Below, piece after piece: positions 11,561 to 23,645 of a stretch of 37,057 bases of DNA. A program made the translations under genes and the position numbers. The notes under the pieces are model-generated. The model made no database searches. It saw nothing but the letters and a program-made list of their open reading frames with translations, and was not told the origin of the DNA. The stretch's first letter is position 1. Each line of letters starts with the position of its first letter. This DNA is from Chiloscyllium plagiosum (lineage: Eukaryota): positions 1,029,206-1,066,262 of the forward strand of contig NC_057757.1 in assembly GCF_004010195.1 (NCBI RefSeq), in the 5' to 3' direction.

Positions 11561-12559
11561 ATCATTTTAAAAAATACTTTTAATGTTGTCATTTCTTTGT
11601 TAAAGCTGTGTTACTGCCAACTAAGATCCTTGTCCCTATCCTTGACTAGTGCTGGGTTGGTATAACTAGGCCAGGGTGCTACTGTTAACTTTGGTTATCT
11701 GGACTGGGGAAGACAAACACTATCTGGCTGTGTGAGTCTGCGACTGTTTGGTGAGGATGGGATTTGAATTTTCATGTTGTCACGGTTAGCCTGACTTCCA
11801 TTTATTGTAGGGACCTACACCCGAAATATAGCTATTTTGGTGAGGTGCCCAGAGAGCACCAGCACCAGTGCTGACTCTATGAATGACCACTTCAACTGGT
11901 GTAAGATCCCAACATCTTTCCCTTACATATTCCTTCTTAAATAATCAGATTCCCTCTTAAATGCCTCAATTCCAGATCCTAAATGCTTGCTGCGTCAAAA
12001 AGTAATTTGTGTCTCATTGCTTATTTTGCCAATTCCCTGAAATCCATGCCCTCTGGTACTGCCACCAATGAGAACAGTTTCTCTGCAAGTTCTGATCCCT
12101 CATGGTGCTTTCATTAAATCCCATGTTGATTACTATGTGTGAACTAAGTTTCCTGCCATTACTTGTTTGTTGATTGACTTGTTTCAGTCTGGGCACCTAA
12201 GTCCGGATATATTCAATTCAAGTTGGAAAGGAGTGGGAGTTGCGATTTGGAGAGATAGCCCATCAAAGCTGAAACTAGAGTTTCTGCTCTAGATTTCCAG
12301 TTAATTTTTTTGCTCAACTCCAGACGGTGCACTGATTTTTAAAAAAATCTATTTTTCTAATCAACCTGTTCAGAGATTTATTACACTTCCATGGAGCTAG
12401 TGGCCTCCTGGTCCAGTGCAGGCACACTACCAGTGTGCCACAAGAGGACCCCTGGTAGCATTGGCCACAAGAAGGTTCTGGTACACATTTCCAATCAATG
12501 CAGAATCAGCTTCTCTCCTGTTCTGCTTAGCCTAGAATGGATTGGAGTACAGGAATGGA

Positions 12560-12897
12560 GATTGCCCATGAACTCTGAACTTCAGAGAATATCCGTGTTC
12601 AAATCCCATGCCTACCTCTATCCTCTTTTAGGTTTACAACCCCTTGAGGAATCTGCACTCCTGCTAATTCCTGGTTTAATTGTTCCACCACTCCTTTAGG
12701 CATTTAGGAACTAAGTTCTGGAATTGCTTCCTGAAACCCCTCTGTGTTCCTCCTTTTTAAAAAATAAAATCTTTTCTTTGAGCAAGCTTTTGGCCCTAAA
12801 ATGTAAGCCCTGTGTATAGGTCGTCATCTTGCTGTTTGATTATCGCTCTTGTGAAGCAAATTTGGATGCTTTGCTACATTAAAGTTACTGTATAAAT
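12560..12897 (+). mobile_element. old L2-like LINE 3' end, tail continuing at 13490
   Basis: ctcttgtgaagcaaatttggatgctttgctacattaaagttactgtataaat|gtaag resembles an L2 tail. Confidence 0.55.
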
Positions 12898-13489
12898 TGC
12901 TACTTTAACAAGGTTATTCAGCCCTTGCTTTTTTCCTGAGAGAGGTCGTAAAGGCAGACGTGCCAAAATGTCTGAACTGGCTATTTTAATAACGGCTAAC
13001 AGATGCTGCCGAAGTCAACAATCAGAAAAGGCTCTCAGGTTTTTATTCAAACCACTCGTACAATGAAAGGGGAGTGGCCAGTTTTGCCAGTTCAGGCTTT
13101 TTTTTAGTTCTGACTTAGTTTTAGCTGGGGACCCAAAGGAACAGCTCCATGTTGATCCTCTCTCTCTCTGACATCTCTCTCCTGTGAGAACCTGTGATTG
13201 AATTTACCGTTTTGCCAGGGGGTGTGTTTATGGGATGTTGCAGGAAATCCAAACCGTTCTTTAAGTTGTGTTTGTGTGTCAGTTGAGTTTTCAAATAGTT
13301 ATGGTATTCTAAATTTGGTTTTCTTTTCATCGTGTGTAAATAAATTCAGTTTTATTTGAAACCGTGTGGTTTGACCAATTGCATCACTCCTGGGATATTC
13401 GCCTTACATCTGCTTAAACAACTAAAAAAAGTTAAGTTCTGGGCTACCTTGTTAAAATGTTTTGAGTGGGTCCAGCCTGGTCCATAACA
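12898..13489 (+). mobile_element. solo LTR (Gypsy-like), 592 bp, with 4-bp TSD AAAT
   Basis: TGCTA...TAACA termini; AAAT at 12894-12897 and 13490-13493; internal AATAAA at 13339-13344. Confidence 0.75.
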
Positions 13490-13953
13490 AAATGTAAGAT
13501 ATTGCCAAACAGCGTTTTTGTGAAAGGATAGGATTGGGGAAGCTTGACCAAAATCATGCTTGATATTTTGTATAAATTTTAATCGTCCCTGTCCAATTGT
13601 TGCCAGTAGTTTTGATTTACATTGGATGATTGCCCATAATGGTGAATGTCTCCTGGCTGAACAATTCATGCAATGGCTTATGTTAGTAATTCTTGCAAAA
13701 TAGGAATAACAAGGTACTGCAGAGCTCTGAAGCATTGTGCAAAATTTCTTGCAATATGTAATCTTCTTTGAAGGCACTTCCCAGTAATCTGTATATGAAA
13801 AGACTTCTGGGAAGCAGAGAGAAACTAAAATGCCATTCTTTTCCTGAAATTGTAGGACAGCACAATAAGTCATCAGCTCTTCAGGTTGGCCAGTTGCATG
13901 TGGCAGAACTGAAGATACCATCCCATTGGCTTTCAACTCCCATTTAGGAATGG

Positions 13954-16205
13954 TGTAGGGTTTCTGGTTTGCGGTCAGAAATTTGCTGATTTTTAGGTGG
14001 TTTGAATCACCCCCAGATCCCTGGTTCTGACTTATTTCGGGAACATGAAATGAAGAAGGCAGTAGACAGATGTTTCAAGGCAAAAAAATCTGTGTTTACT
14101 TAAATACAAAAAGGTAAGTATAATTCAAGAAATAAAAAGGCAAATGTGATAGAAAAGTTAAATTGACACAATTATACATAGACGGTAATTAGATACAATA
14201 TCAAATTAAACAGGTTAGAACACTATTGGAAGCTAAACAGCAGTTTTAATCACAGATATTTTCCTCAGGCTTCCTACCCTTGGGGTCCCTGCTCTGTCAC
14301 TACCTGCTTTCCCCTCCTTGCTAGGTAGGCTGGAAACTTTTGAGGTATCTGGAGTTTCAGCTCATCACTGGGGAAAACACAGGTTTAAAGTGTGTCCAGT
14401 TGCTGAGGTTCTTGGGTCAGAAATTGGCTAGCTGAAAGAAGACAGAAGGTGGTGATTGATGGGAAATGTTCATTCTGGAGTTCAGTTACTAGTGGAATAC
14501 CACAAGGATCTGTTTTGGGTCCACTGATGTTTGTCATTTTTATAAATTACCAGAATGAAGGCGTAAAAGAATGAGTAAATTTGTGGACGGCACTAAGGTC
14601 GGTACATTTGTGGATAGTGCTGAAAGATGTTGTAGGTTACAGAGGGACATAAATAAGCTGCGGAGCTGGGCTGAGAGGTGGCAATGGAGTTTAATGCAGA
14701 AATGTGTGAGGTGATTCACTTTGGTCGGAGTATAGGAATGCAGAGTACTGGGCTAATGGTAAGATTTTTGATAGTGTAGATGAGCAGAGGGCTGTTAAGA
14801 AGGCATATGGTGTGTTAGCTTTTATCAGTAGAGGGATCCAGTTTCGGAACCATGAGGTCATGCTGCAGCTGTACAAAACTCTGGTACGGCCGTATTTGAA
14901 ATATTGTGTACAGTTCTGGTCACCGCATTATAGGAAGGATGTAGAAGATTTGGAAAGGGTTCAGAGGAGATTTACTAGGATGTTGCCTGGTATGGAGGGA
15001 AGGTCTTATGAGGAAAGGTTGAGAGACTTGAGGCTGTTTTCGTTAGAGAGAAGATTGAGAGTTGACTTAATTGAGATATATAATCAGACGGTTAGATTGG
15101 GTGGCCTTTTTCCTAGGATGGTGATGGCTAGCACGAGGGGACATAGCTTCAAATTGAGGGGTGATAGATATAGGACAGATGTCAGAGGTAGTTTCTTTAC
15201 TCAGTAGTAGGGGTGTGGAACACTCTGCTTGCACAGTTATAGACTTGCCAACTTTAGGGGCATTTAACTGGTCATTGATAGGCATATGGACGAAAATGGA
15301 ATAATGTAGGTTAGATGGGCTTCAATTTGGTTTCACAGGTCGGTGCAACATTGAGGGCCGAAGGGCCTGTACTGCGCGATAATGTTCTGTGTTCTTGCCG
15401 TTGGTTCTCTTAGCTTGGAACAGGCATGTATCTGAAAGCTCTTCTCCGGATAGTGTTTGGTTGGTAACCCCCTCTCGGATGTCCTTTGTTGCGATGCATG
15501 CTCTTGGTTTTGGTCTCCTGATCCAGCTTCTCAGTTCGGCCTCTGTGGTCGTCGATTCCAAAGCTGCTTGTTGGGGCTGGAAGCCTGTGGGGAAACTGTT
15601 TCTGCAGGAGCTTGATGTTTGGAAAAAACTCTCTTGGATCTCTCTCTCTCTCCTGCCAGTAGCTACAGGATAGCTTTCAGGGTGGCAGCTATATGGGATC
15701 CTTCTTCTGGCAATAGCTATGGGCATAATTACCTCTGCCGAGATGAGGGCTTGTAATTATAGTTAGCCAAATCTGTTGTTCTTACAATAGTCTTTGTTGT
15801 TTCTTTTGAGATGAATTAGTCTTCCTTATTATTAGAGTAGGTGCAAATATGTTTTCTATCAGGGGTGTATGGGCTTTCTGATTGTATGGAATATCCTCTG
15901 TTTAAGTAATTGAATATCTGGTGAAGTTGAAGGTCTTGGAATTTGTGCAGTCTCCATGTTGTCTGAATTCATTTTTGTCATAAAGGTTAGTTCATTGCTC
16001 TTGTAGGGCTCAGGTGTGAATAGGTTTCCCCAGCTTCCAGATAAACTGTCCCTGTGACTGTGTATTCCAGCATAGCTCAGTTGCTGGGGTTTTCTTTAAG
16101 TTTAACTTCGGGGAAAAAAACCCTCCAAAAGTCTGGTGGAAGTCCAGTCATTTTAGATGGTAGGGAATCTTTTCAAACTGGTTTAGAATTTTGCCCAATC
16201 CTACA
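13954..16205. mobile_element. probable second solo LTR (about 1.25 kb) interrupted by a CR1
   Basis: Termini TGTAGGGTT...AATCCTACA (8/9 inverted match); flanks ATGG and ATAG (3/4 match). Confidence 0.5.
14415..15390 (+). mobile_element. CR1-like LINE, 5'-truncated, decayed RT and C-terminus
   Basis: ggaataccacaaggatctgttttgggtcc (GIPQGSVLGP); LYKTLVRPYLKYCVQFWSPHYRKD...LERVQRRFTRML; possible TSD GTTCTTG at 14408-14414 and 15391-15397. Confidence 0.9.
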
Positions 16206-16959
16206 ATAGGTTCTTCAGGCATTGACGCCATTGGAATATAGATTTGACAGAGAAGTGTTGGAGAGCTGTGGGTTATGGGTGCCATATGCAAACTGAATCT
16301 CATTGGGTCATAAGCACCTTTGAATGCAGAAATAAAAAATAGCCTCATGATATTACAGAGGGCATTATACAAAGGCTACAAGGTATGATTGGGTGAAGAA
16401 GTAGGTGGATGTGGCTAAGAGGAAAATAGGGTATCAGTAATGGGCCTTGTATTGATTGACTGCCAAAACAAACACTTGATTTTACAAAGCATCTTTGTGT
16501 ACTACTATACTCCCACTAGTGCTGTGGGAACTTGCTCATATACATGACTGAGCAGGCAAGGATCTGATTTTATGTCTCATTGTATAAGGTCACTTCTGAT
16601 AATGCAGCATTCCCTCAGTATCAGTTATGGCTCAAGTGCTACAGTGGGAGCACCGATCCCAGAACCTTCGACATCGACATCAGAATACTACCCAACTGAG
16701 TGACATTGACACATGGTTGGTAGTGCTTGCCATATCAACTCTCTTATACGTACATAGACTATTTATAGGGTTTGTTTTTTAAGTGATAAAATGTTGCTGA
16801 TTAGAAAGTGCAAGGGTGCTTTTTTTTAAATGATAAGGTTGCTTTCTACTTTATTCAGTGAACAATAAAGCTTTTTCTAAATTCAAGAAAATTCCTCAGC
16901 TCTTCATAATAAGAGTTGTCAGAGGGATTACCTAAAACCAGCATTCTTCATTCCAAGGG

Positions 16960-17335
16960 TAGGTGCAGCATAGCGTTAAAGAAAGGTTAAACACAAAGTA
17001 AAGTTCCCTTAACATTGTACCCATCAAACAATCCCAGGACAGGGACAGGGACAGGGTGGGGTTAGATACAGAGTAAAGCTCTCTCTACTCTTTTTAAACT
17101 GAATGCAAAGCTTCTTTGACACTCCCTATCAAACATTCCCAGGACAAGTACAGCATAGGCTTAGAAGTAGAGTAGAGCACACCACCCTTTTCACTCTCTT
17201 CACCCTCTTAAGCGAAAAAAGCTCTCTCTACTATTGTATCAAGCATTCCTAGAGTAAAGCTACTCCCCATCAAATACCCACAGGACAGGGATTAGACACA
17301 AATTGAGGATCCCACAACATTATCCCAAGACAGCT
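16960..17335. repeat. degenerate satellite-like array with about 70-bp units
   Basis: Recurring ggttagatacagagtaaagctc...catcaaaca.tcccaggaca motifs. Confidence 0.65.
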
Positions 17336-18341
17336 TTCCTGTTGCAAATGGAGAACTCTGCTCCCTTTATGATTTTAACTTGAATTGCTGAGGGAAATTG
17401 GTTGCCACCCCTGGAGACTCCAGAAATTGAAAATTAATTTCCAGGGCTAGAGTCAGAGAGATGTACAATATGGACAACATCAAACAAAACAATGTTTTGA
17501 TTACTTGTATTAGTTTAAAAAAAAATCAGAAAAGTTGGGTGTAGAGGTGGAGTAAGGACTTTCAGTAATGGTCAAGAATAATTCAATCAATCAGCAAATT
17601 AAATTATTTGTTTTCTGATAATGTTTGTGATGAATGTGCTGAGTTATCAATGATGATAATGTAAGAGTGGGTGGGTATTGGAGGTAGGAGATTTATCACC
17701 AGACATTTATCTAACTAGACAGCTCTCAGTCGGTAGTGGCAGGTCATTTCTTTTGGGTATGTCAAGGCAAGCTTGTCCTTTCTCATTCTCAATCTACCTG
17801 AAATCAGGAGTAGATTTAATCGAGGTGTTCAAAATTATGATTGGTCTCAATAAAGTAAATAAGGGGAAATGGTTTCCATTGGTGTTTGGATCAATAACCA
17901 AAAGACATGGGTTTAAGGGAATCTCAAAGACTTTGGCACAGGAAAGCAGACCGAATAACCTCTTTGTATGGCATCATAAACAAATTGATGATTGTATCCA
18001 GAGTATTTGGCGGGTGGAGAGAAAATAAGGGCTGTTTGATTTCCAAAATCATAAGCAAGCTGAGGGTCAGGGGGTTCGGAGACCCCTCTCCCACTGTTTA
18101 AACTAATCAAAAATCTAAAAAACCTTCTGCAGTTAAACCTGGATTGAACATTACAACTTGTAACTCCTTTAATGTTTTTATACATCAATGGAAGCTCCAC
18201 GGTTCCATCTACAGGTAAATGCTTTCTTAGCATATTGGGATCAGTGTTAAAAGATTCTGACAAACAGGGATAATGACCAGATTGTCTGTTTTTAGATGTT
18301 GGTTGAGAGGAAAATATTGACCCAGGACACAAGGGAGAACT

Positions 18342-18622
18342 AGGTGGCGGCACAGTGGCTCAGTGGTTAGCACTGCTGCCTCAGCACCAGGGACCCAGGT
18401 TCGATTCCAGCCTTGTGGAGTCTGTGTGGAGTTTGCACATTCTCCCGGTTTCCTCACACAGTCCAACGATGTGCAGGTCAGGTGAATTGGCCGTTCTAAA
18501 TTGCCCATAGTGTTAGGTGCATTAGTCAGAGGGAAATGGGTCTGGGTGGGTTACTCTTTGGAGAGTTGGCATGGACTTGTTGGGCCAAAGGGTCTGTTTC
18601 CATACTGTAGGGAATCTAATCA
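18342..18622 (+). mobile_element. HE1-like V-SINE nested in a DeuSINE-like remnant (about 18268-18690)
   Basis: tRNA-like head ggcacagtggctcagtggttagcact...ggttcgattcc, V-domain tgtggagtttgcacattctccc, CR1-like tail gggtctgtttccatactgtag. Confidence 0.85.
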
Positions 18623-19287
18623 ACCTGCCTACTCCTCTGTAGTGTTAGGGATTTTTCATCAAGATGGACCTTTGGTTTAACATCTTAGTGCAATAAGTTG
18701 ATTAACAGCACAATGATAACATTGAGTCAGTCTACAACACAGAAAGTAAGTCATTTAGCCCATATAATCCATGCTGCTATTAATGCTCCACAAACACCAA
18801 CTCCATGCTCAATCTATTGACTACCACCTGACCTATTTAAATAAACAATTAATAGTAAGCCTGATTATGTGGTATGCCAATGAAGATTTCATACATACAT
18901 CATCACAGAATGAGATGCAACGTTATCTGATCCTGCTTTCTTTGGCCTTGTGGCAAGATGAAGCCACAATAAAATATTGCTCAAATAAAACTGTTGCTTT
19001 CAACACTTGCAATGGTTTCCAAAAATACTCCTTAGTGTCACAATGACACTAAAAATGTTATATCTAACAAGTCAATTGATCTGGATAATATGCTGACTGA
19101 GCTAAAATATAAACAGCATCAGCAGTTCAATGGAAATAGACAGGCCTGACTGAGAAAAAACAGGAAAGAAGGAGGGTCATTTCATTTGGGGCTTGCCTTG
19201 AATGCATTAGAGCCAGCACCCCTAACCAAGGCTGTCACCCCACACCACCTTCTGTAATGTCTGTCTTAAAGAACACCCCCCCACTCA

Positions 19288-20280
19288 TTGAGTCAAAGAG
19301 ATGGACAGCACAGAAACAGCCCCTTCGGTCCAACTTATCCATGCCGACCAGATATCCCAACCCAATCTAATCCCACCTGCCAGCACTTGGCCATATCCCT
19401 CCAAACCCTTCCTATTCATATACCTATCCAAATGCCTTTTAAATGTTGTAATTGTACCAGTCTCCACCACTTCCTCTGGCAGTTCATTCCATACACGTAC
19501 CACCCTTTGCATGAAAAAGTTGCCCTTTAGGTCTCTCTTATATTTTTCCCCTCTCACCCTAAACCTATGACTCCCCTACCCGAGGGAAGAGACTTTGCCT
19601 ATTTACCCTATCCATGCCCCTCATGATTTATAAACCTCTATAAGATCACCCCTCAACCTCTACAACGCTACAGAGAAAACAGCATCAGCCTATTCAACCT
19701 CTCCCTACAGCTCAAATCCTCTAACTTTGGCAACATCCTTGTAAATCTTTTCTGAACCTTTTCAACTTTCACAACATCCTTCCAGTAGAAAGGAGATCAA
19801 AATTGCACGCAATATTCCAAAAGTGGCCTAACCAAAGTCCTGTACAGCCACATGACCTCCCAACTCCTGTACTCAATACTCTGACCAATAAAGGAAAGCA
19901 TACCAAACGCCTTCTTCACTATCCTATCTACCTGTGACTCCACTTTCAAGGAACTATGAACCTGCACTCCAAGGTCTCTTTGTTCAGCAACACTCCCTAG
20001 GACATTACCATTAAGTGTATAAGTCCTGCTAGGATTTGCTTTCCCAAAATGCAGCACCGTGCATTTATCTAATTTAAACTCCATCTGCCACTTCTCAGCC
20101 CATTGGCCCATCTGGTCCAGATCCTGTTGTAATCTGAGGAAACCTTCTTCGCTGTCCACTCCACCTCCAATTTTAGTGTCATCAGCAAACTTACTAACTA
20201 TACCTCTGATGCTCACATCCAAATCATTTATATAAATGATGAAAAGTAGTGGACTAAGCACCGATCCTTGTAGCACTGCA
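19288..20280 (-). mobile_element. CR1/HER1-like LINE, about 1 kb 3' portion with RT motifs
   Basis: QGSVLSPLLFIIYINDL...KFADDTKIGG...WQMEF...RDLGVQVHSSLK...LVRPLLEYCVQF. Confidence 0.93.
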
Positions 20281-20684
20281 CCAGATATAGATCCATCCTC
20301 ACTCAATAGCTGCAGGATTTCTGTTTTCAGGGCAGCATGGATCCTCTTTAGGTTCTTACTGCTCTCCTGCCAATAGCCTGCACCAGGAGTGATGGAACTG
20401 CTAGCTAGTCAAACTAGTGACTTCTCTTGAGGACAGCACTTGGTCTCAATTTAGCCTGCCTGTAGTGTGTTGTACTAGTGGCTTTCTTGTGCATTTCCTT
20501 CTGACTCCCCTCCTTCAAATGCAGTCGCATCTATTCTCCTCAACGATTCCCTATTCTCACCACTCCTTGGTAAAATACATTTCTCATGTATCCCCCATGT
20601 GATTTATTTAGCAACAGTCCTGTATCAATTAGTTTCACTTGAATTGTAAACATTTTATCAACAACTTTGCAAATCCCTTCACAC

Positions 20685-21750
20685 AAGAACATGAACTAGG
20701 AGCTGGAGTAGATTATGTGGCCCCTCAATCCTGTTCCACCATTTAATAAGATCATCTGATTGAAACCTCAAATCTATATTCCCGCTTACCCAATAACCTT
20801 TCACTCTTTGTTCACTCAGAATCAATCTACTTCTGCCTTTAAAAATATTCGACATCTTAGCTTCTCCTACCTTTTCAGGAAGAGAAATTTTGAAGACTCT
20901 CAATCTATCATGAGAAAAAAAACCTCATCTGTTTAATGGGCGACCTCTTATTTTTAAACAGGGGCCTCTCGTTCTAAATATTTTCATAACAGGAAACATC
21001 CCTCAAGTTATGATCATGTCTCTTCTTACAAGTCATTCTGCCCATTTCAATTATTAGTCTGATAAACCTTTGAATTGCTTCCAATGTATTTACGTGAAGA
21101 ATACTGCACACAGTCTTCCAAATGTGGTCTCACCAGTACCCTGCATTACTGAAGTATAGCCTCCCTCCCTTTGCATTTAATTCCCCACAAAATAACTGAT
21201 AATCTAATAGTCTTCCTAATTACTTGGACTTGCATTGACCTTTTGTGATTAATGTACTAGGAACCCAGAACCATCTGCATCTCAGAGCTTGCAACCTCTC
21301 ACCATTTAGGTAATTTGATTTTTAAAAAATTCTTCCTATCAAAATGGATAATTACACATTTTCCCATCTTATACTCCATTTGCCAGATGTTTGCCCACTG
21401 GTTTAACCTACGTAAAGACTTTTGCAACCTTTTCATGTCCTCTTTACAACTTACTTTCCTACTTATCTTTGTGTCATTAGCAAATTTTGCAACCATACCT
21501 TCCGTCCCTCCACCCAAGTCATGTATGTGCTTTATTAAAAAGTTGAGATCCCAGCACTGATCCCTGTGGCACACAATTCATTACATCTTGCCAACAGGAA
21601 AAAAAAGACCCTTTTATGTTTCCTTTCTGCTTCCTGTTACCCAGCTAATTTTCTATCTATTTCAAAATGTTTTGGCTACACCATGAGGTTTTAGTTTCCA
21701 AAATAAAAATGAAGAGATTTGATATGGCACTTTATCAAATGTCTTCATAG
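20685..21750 (-). mobile_element. older CR1-like LINE fragment
   Basis: KFANDTKI...WANIWQMEYKMGKC; many frameshifts. Confidence 0.75.
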
Positions 21751-21859
21751 TCTTAAAGACCTTGGTCTTGCCTAGAGGCAAGAGTCCTAGGCCTATTCAT
21801 CCTTTACTGACCTGCATATCTCTCAATTGATGATAATTAGATAAAAATGAACAACATGG

Positions 21860-22050
21860 AGAAATTTATTCCTCAAGTACAGTGCAAAAAACAGATTATC
21901 AGATCACTGTGAAATTGTTGTTTGTGGGATTTTGCTGTATGCAGATTGGGTGCTGTGTTTTCTATACGATAACTATGATGAGATTTTGGCTGTAAAGTGC
22001 ACTGGGATATGCTGAAGTTGTGAAAGGCACTAAAGAAATGCTTGTTTTTG
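21860..22050 (+). mobile_element. DeuSINE-like 3' part, downstream of the gene B stop codon
   Basis: aaaacagattatc...ttgttgtttgtgggattttgctgtatgcagattgg...ttggctgtaaagtgcactgggat...gtgaaaggcac. Confidence 0.6.
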
Positions 22051-22413
22051 CTTTGACAAAATCACAGATGTGATTGTAATAGTCAGAGTCTGGATAAAGT
22101 GATGGGCCAAATGCCCTTTTCCTACTCTGAATTTGCATTATTTTCCTTGCTGAATTGTCCAGCTATTTGTCTGCAGGAGTAATTGCAACTACATCTGTTA
22201 CAGATTAGAGTGTGCTCACTCAAATGATTCACATTACAAACTTGGGGTATGTCACTCCCTAACTGATTGAATCTTCTCTTTGCATGTGCCACGGCAGGTG
22301 ATGTCCTGCTGTGATGCCCTTGGTTTAAACAAGATAGCTTGGCCATTGAAAGAACCTTTCAACACTGCATTGTTAGGATGCACAGTCAGCTGCATTCCAA
22401 TAAATAGTTCCTG

Positions 22414-22628
22414 TTATTCCTCCAAGCAATAGTTTGTCACATCAGCCTGTACAGAATGGTCCCTGCCATCCCCAGCCCTGGCTTGATCACAACTCTGTTG
22501 TTCAGAAAGGACCACTGTGCAGATGAGAAAGCTCGGAAGGAAGAACAGGACGAGTGATCCTGCTAGGATGAAGCCACCTGCAGTCATGAAGGATGTGGTG
22601 TAACTTCCTGTGAGATCCTCCAGAAACC
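22414..22628 (-). CDS. SLC16A13: SLC16A13-like gene B, last coding exon
   Basis: Acceptor tctctcccacttAG at 22630-22629; GFLEDLTGSYTTSFMTAGGFILAGSLVLFFLP...YCLEE*. Confidence 0.92.
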
Positions 22629-23346
22629 CTAAGTGGGAGAGACAAATTAGAATCACAAGTCACTAAACTCAATGTTTAATCTTTATTGCAGTTGCAGACT
22701 CAACCCACTCATTCCTGGTTTTGATGGCTCAGAGCCACACCTATTAAATGATGTTAGAACAGCATGCTTGGCTTGAAGAATACAGGTGAAATGTACAAAA
22801 AAAACAAGAAAGTTATGCAGTTAATAAGAATTGTTCACGCAGCAAATTACATCCTCGAATTCTCTGCCTGCAAGGGTGGAGGAAGCAGATTCAATAGCAA
22901 CATTCAAAGGAGAAATCAACAAATATTGTGAGGGCGACATTAATAGAGCTCTGAGCAAATAGCAAAGGGTGTGAGATTAATTGCATAACTCAAAGATGTA
23001 GAGACAATGAACCAACTGTGATGAATTATTTTTGTTTCTTCAGATCACAGCCTGAAGACATGAACCAAATATCAATACCACAACTTCCATCAAGGAGGCT
23101 GGAACCCGAATATGTTCCTGCTGAAACAAGGATCGAATCCTATGCTGGCACCAATCTGACCAGAGCAGCCAGCTGAGCTAACCAACCTTCAACCCTAAGG
23201 ATTGGCTACTAACACATGTGCCACAAGACCTACCTGATTTTATATTGATTCAGTCCAGTCCCACTTATAGTTGGGTTTGCTTTATAATGAGGGAATTTAA
23301 ATACACCAGCAAGTGGTAATTGACAGAACTAATAAGACTCTATCTC

Positions 23347-23645
23347 AAGTAGGGGCAGGCTGCCTAATGTGGCCAGAAGGTGGGAGGCACGGGTGACTTG
23401 CTGGGGGTCTGTATTGAATGTACTGTTTTTTATGTAATTGGACTGTCTTATGTACAAATGTCATTGTTACTGTTTTATAATGATTGAAACTGGGATTTGA
23501 GGTTTGTCCTCATTTCCCTGAAAAATTGTAGAACGGTAGGGTTTGGGGCCTGGCTTTGCCATTCCTCTCCCTTGTAAAATTGCTGTTTTTCTGTATACAG
23601 CTGTTAATGTTAATTGTTTTGTAAACTGTGTATTGTTTAATAAAA
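23347..23645 (+). mobile_element. 299-bp retroposed insertion (L1/Tx1-like 3' end) with 17-bp TSD
   Basis: TAATAAGACTCTATCTC at 23330-23346 and 23646-23662; T/G-rich body ending in AATAAA at 23639-23644. Confidence 0.75.

Noticed and set aside
13352..13936. 194-aa minus-strand ORF
   Set aside because: Non-ATG start, crosses the solo-LTR boundary at 13489, and has no recognisable domain; probably chance, although a BLASTp was not possible.
17390..17730. Possible old DNA-transposon remnant (ggttgccacccctggagactccag), with similar hints at about 11380-11600
   Set aside because: Could not define paired TIRs or a TSD by eye.
18342..18412. tRNA-like sequences (also at 27591, 35397 and 32781)
   Set aside because: These are SINE heads that continue into SINE bodies, not tRNA genes.
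19797..20306. Reverse transcriptase ORF as a novel RT system
   Set aside because: Ordinary 5'-truncated CR1 LINE lacking the endonuclease and N-terminal RT, with an in-frame stop after YCVQF.
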